From an uncultured Chloroflexia bacterium (GTDB lineage: Bacteria > Chloroflexota > Limnocylindria > Limnocylindrales > CSP1-4), in the NCBI GenBank assembly GCA_963725875.1, contig CAVRZZ010000006.1:313847-377846 (forward strand): DNA of 64,000 bases, in the 5' to 3' direction. The translations under genes and the position numbers were made by a program. This document shows positions 62,838 through 64,000 of this stretch, piece by piece; positions within the stretch are counted from its first letter, which is position 1; every line of letters begins with the position of its first letter. Below the pieces are notes generated by a model that saw only the letters and a program-made list of their open reading frames with translations, was not told the DNA's origin and did not search any database.

Positions 62838-64000
62838 GTGCTCAGCCGGCCTCCGACGGCTCGTCGAAGGAGGCAGACGACATGCGACGAGCATCAGATC
62901 CAGCGCGGTCGCGAGCATCTGACTGGGCGACCCCGCCGGCGTGGGCACCAGATCCTGAGCACGGATTCGGCCGGGCATCCGATCCTGATCCGTGGCCGGC
63001 GCGAGCGCCAGACCCGCGCGCAGGCGTGGGGCGGCCGTGCGTGGCCAGCACCTGATCGGAATCAGGCGGTCCCGCCGCTTCGGCTGGGCCACGCGGCCGG
63101 GCTCTTCTGCGCGGCCAAGACCGCCGAGGGCCTCTCCCCGCGGTCGATCTCCTGGTACGGGGCGATCCTCGACCGCCTCGCCGCGCGGTTCGGGCCCGAG
63201 CGCCCGGTCGACGACCTCACCCCGACCGAGCTCCGGGCCTGGCTCGTGGACCTGCGGACGACCCTCGCGCCGGTCAGCGTCGCCGGCTACGTCCGCGGGC
63301 TGCGCGTCTTCGGGAACTGGCTGACCCGGGACGGGCTGGCCGAGGCGCGGGCGCTGCGCACCCTGGCCCGGCCCCGGGTTCCCCACAAGGTCATGGAGCC
63401 CCTCGCCGACGAGGACCTGCGGCGCCTGATCGCGGCCTCCGACGTGCGGGACCGGGCGATCGTGCTGCTCCTGCTCGACACCGGGCTGCGCGTGTCGGAG
63501 GCGGCCGGCATCAGCCTCGCCGACCTGCGCCCGGACGGCACGATCAAGGTCCTGGGCAAGGGCGCCAGAGAGCGCGTCGTGCCGGTCGGAGCGGCGACGC
63601 GACGGGCGATCGCGCGCGTGCTCGAGGGCCGGGCGCCGAGCGTCGGCGATGCGCCCCTCTTCATCGGCGCGGCCGGCGGGCGCCTCACCCTGACCGGCAT
63701 CCAGCAGCTCCTGCGCCGGCTGCGGGCGCGCACGGGCGTCGCCGGGCGCTGCAACCCGCACACCTTCCGCCACACCTTCGCCCACCGCTACCTCATGAAC
63801 GGCGGCGACGTCTTCACGCTCCAGCGCATGCTCGGCCACTCGAGCCTCGAGATGGTCCGCCGCTACGTCGCCCTCACCGATGGCGACATGGCGACGCGCC
63901 ACCGTGCCGCCTCCCCGGCGGACCACCTCCTGGCGGCCCGCCCGCGTGAACCTGCGGAGACCCCATCGGCGTGGGCCGGGCGGCCGTCGCGCGAGCTGCG
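62838..64000 (+). CDS. Tyrosine recombinase/integrase (start uncertain; runs off window)
   Basis: Manual translation: AKTAEGLSPRSISWY, RDRAIVLLLLDTGLRVSEA, GKGARER, PHTFRHTFA, LQRMLGH, VRRY; full R-K-H-R-H-Y set. Only in-frame upstream start seen is GTG 62838. Confidence 0.9.
   Translation, partial: MLSRPPTARRRRQTTCDEHQIQRGREHLTGRPRRRGHQILSTDSAGHPILIRGRRERQTRAQAWGGRAWPAPDRNQAVPPLRLGHAAGLFCAAKTAEGLSPRSISWYGAILDRLAARFGPERPVDDLTPTELRAWLVDLRTTLAPVSVAGYVRGLRVFGNWLTRDGLAEARALRTLARPRVPHKVMEPLADEDLRRLIAASDVRDRAIVLLLLDTGLRVSEAAGISLADLRPDGTIKVLGKGARERVVPVGAATRRAIARVLEGRAPSVGDAPLFIGAAGGRLTLTGIQQLLRRLRARTGVAGRCNPHTFRHTFAHRYLMNGGDVFTLQRMLGHSSLEMVRRYVALTDGDMATRHRAASPADHLLAARPREPAETPSAWAGRPSREL
62889..63057 (+). 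repeat. Six degenerate 12-bp direct repeats (consensus about GRGCAYCHGAYC)
   Basis: Starts at 62889, 62913, 62943, 62973, 63003, 63046 (spacings 24, 30, 30, 30, 43). Confidence 0.65.

Larger units (their letters stand above)
62740..64000 (+). mobile_element. Probable left end of an integrative element inserted at tRNA-Arg
   Basis: Integrase directly 3' of a tRNA; the partner att site would lie outside the window. Confidence 0.6.

Noticed and set aside
62889-63057. CRISPR array interpretation of the 30-bp periodic repeats
   Set aside because: Repeats are only 12 bp and degenerate, spacers are 18 bp, and no cas gene is in the window.

Overview
Very GC-rich bacterial chromosome segment; gene content and style suggest Chloroflexota, possibly Limnocylindria-like (inference only). 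Main blocks in order: (i) a sugar-phosphate-utilisation-type bacterial microcompartment locus (SorC-type regulator, RpiB, DeoC, aldehyde dehydrogenase, BMC-H, two BMC-T, three BMC-P) at 1.8-8.5 kb; (ii) MFS/MerR/hydrolase/GT4/cold-shock genes; (iii) an intact IS110 element (about 15.6-16.87 kb) whose left end contains a readable bridge RNA, with guide segments matching both the flanking target and the element's own end junction; (iv) tRNA-Lys; (v) a Rieske/cytochrome b operon led by an NfnB/DsrL-like flavin-FeS oxidoreductase and ending in a cytochrome c-cupredoxin fusion and a Kelch-like membrane protein; (vi) a TPP-riboswitch thiN-ECF operon; (vii) a candidate 79-nt structured ncRNA with its own promoter; (viii) an HTH-4xGAF-GGDEF protein, an amino-acid ABC transporter, WYL/CAP/HD genes, cydABDC and gltA; (ix) tRNA-Arg(TCG) followed by a tyrosine integrase whose 5' region carries phased repeats resembling the tRNA anticodon arm. 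All calls come from reading the sequence by eye; no database searches or folding programs were run.
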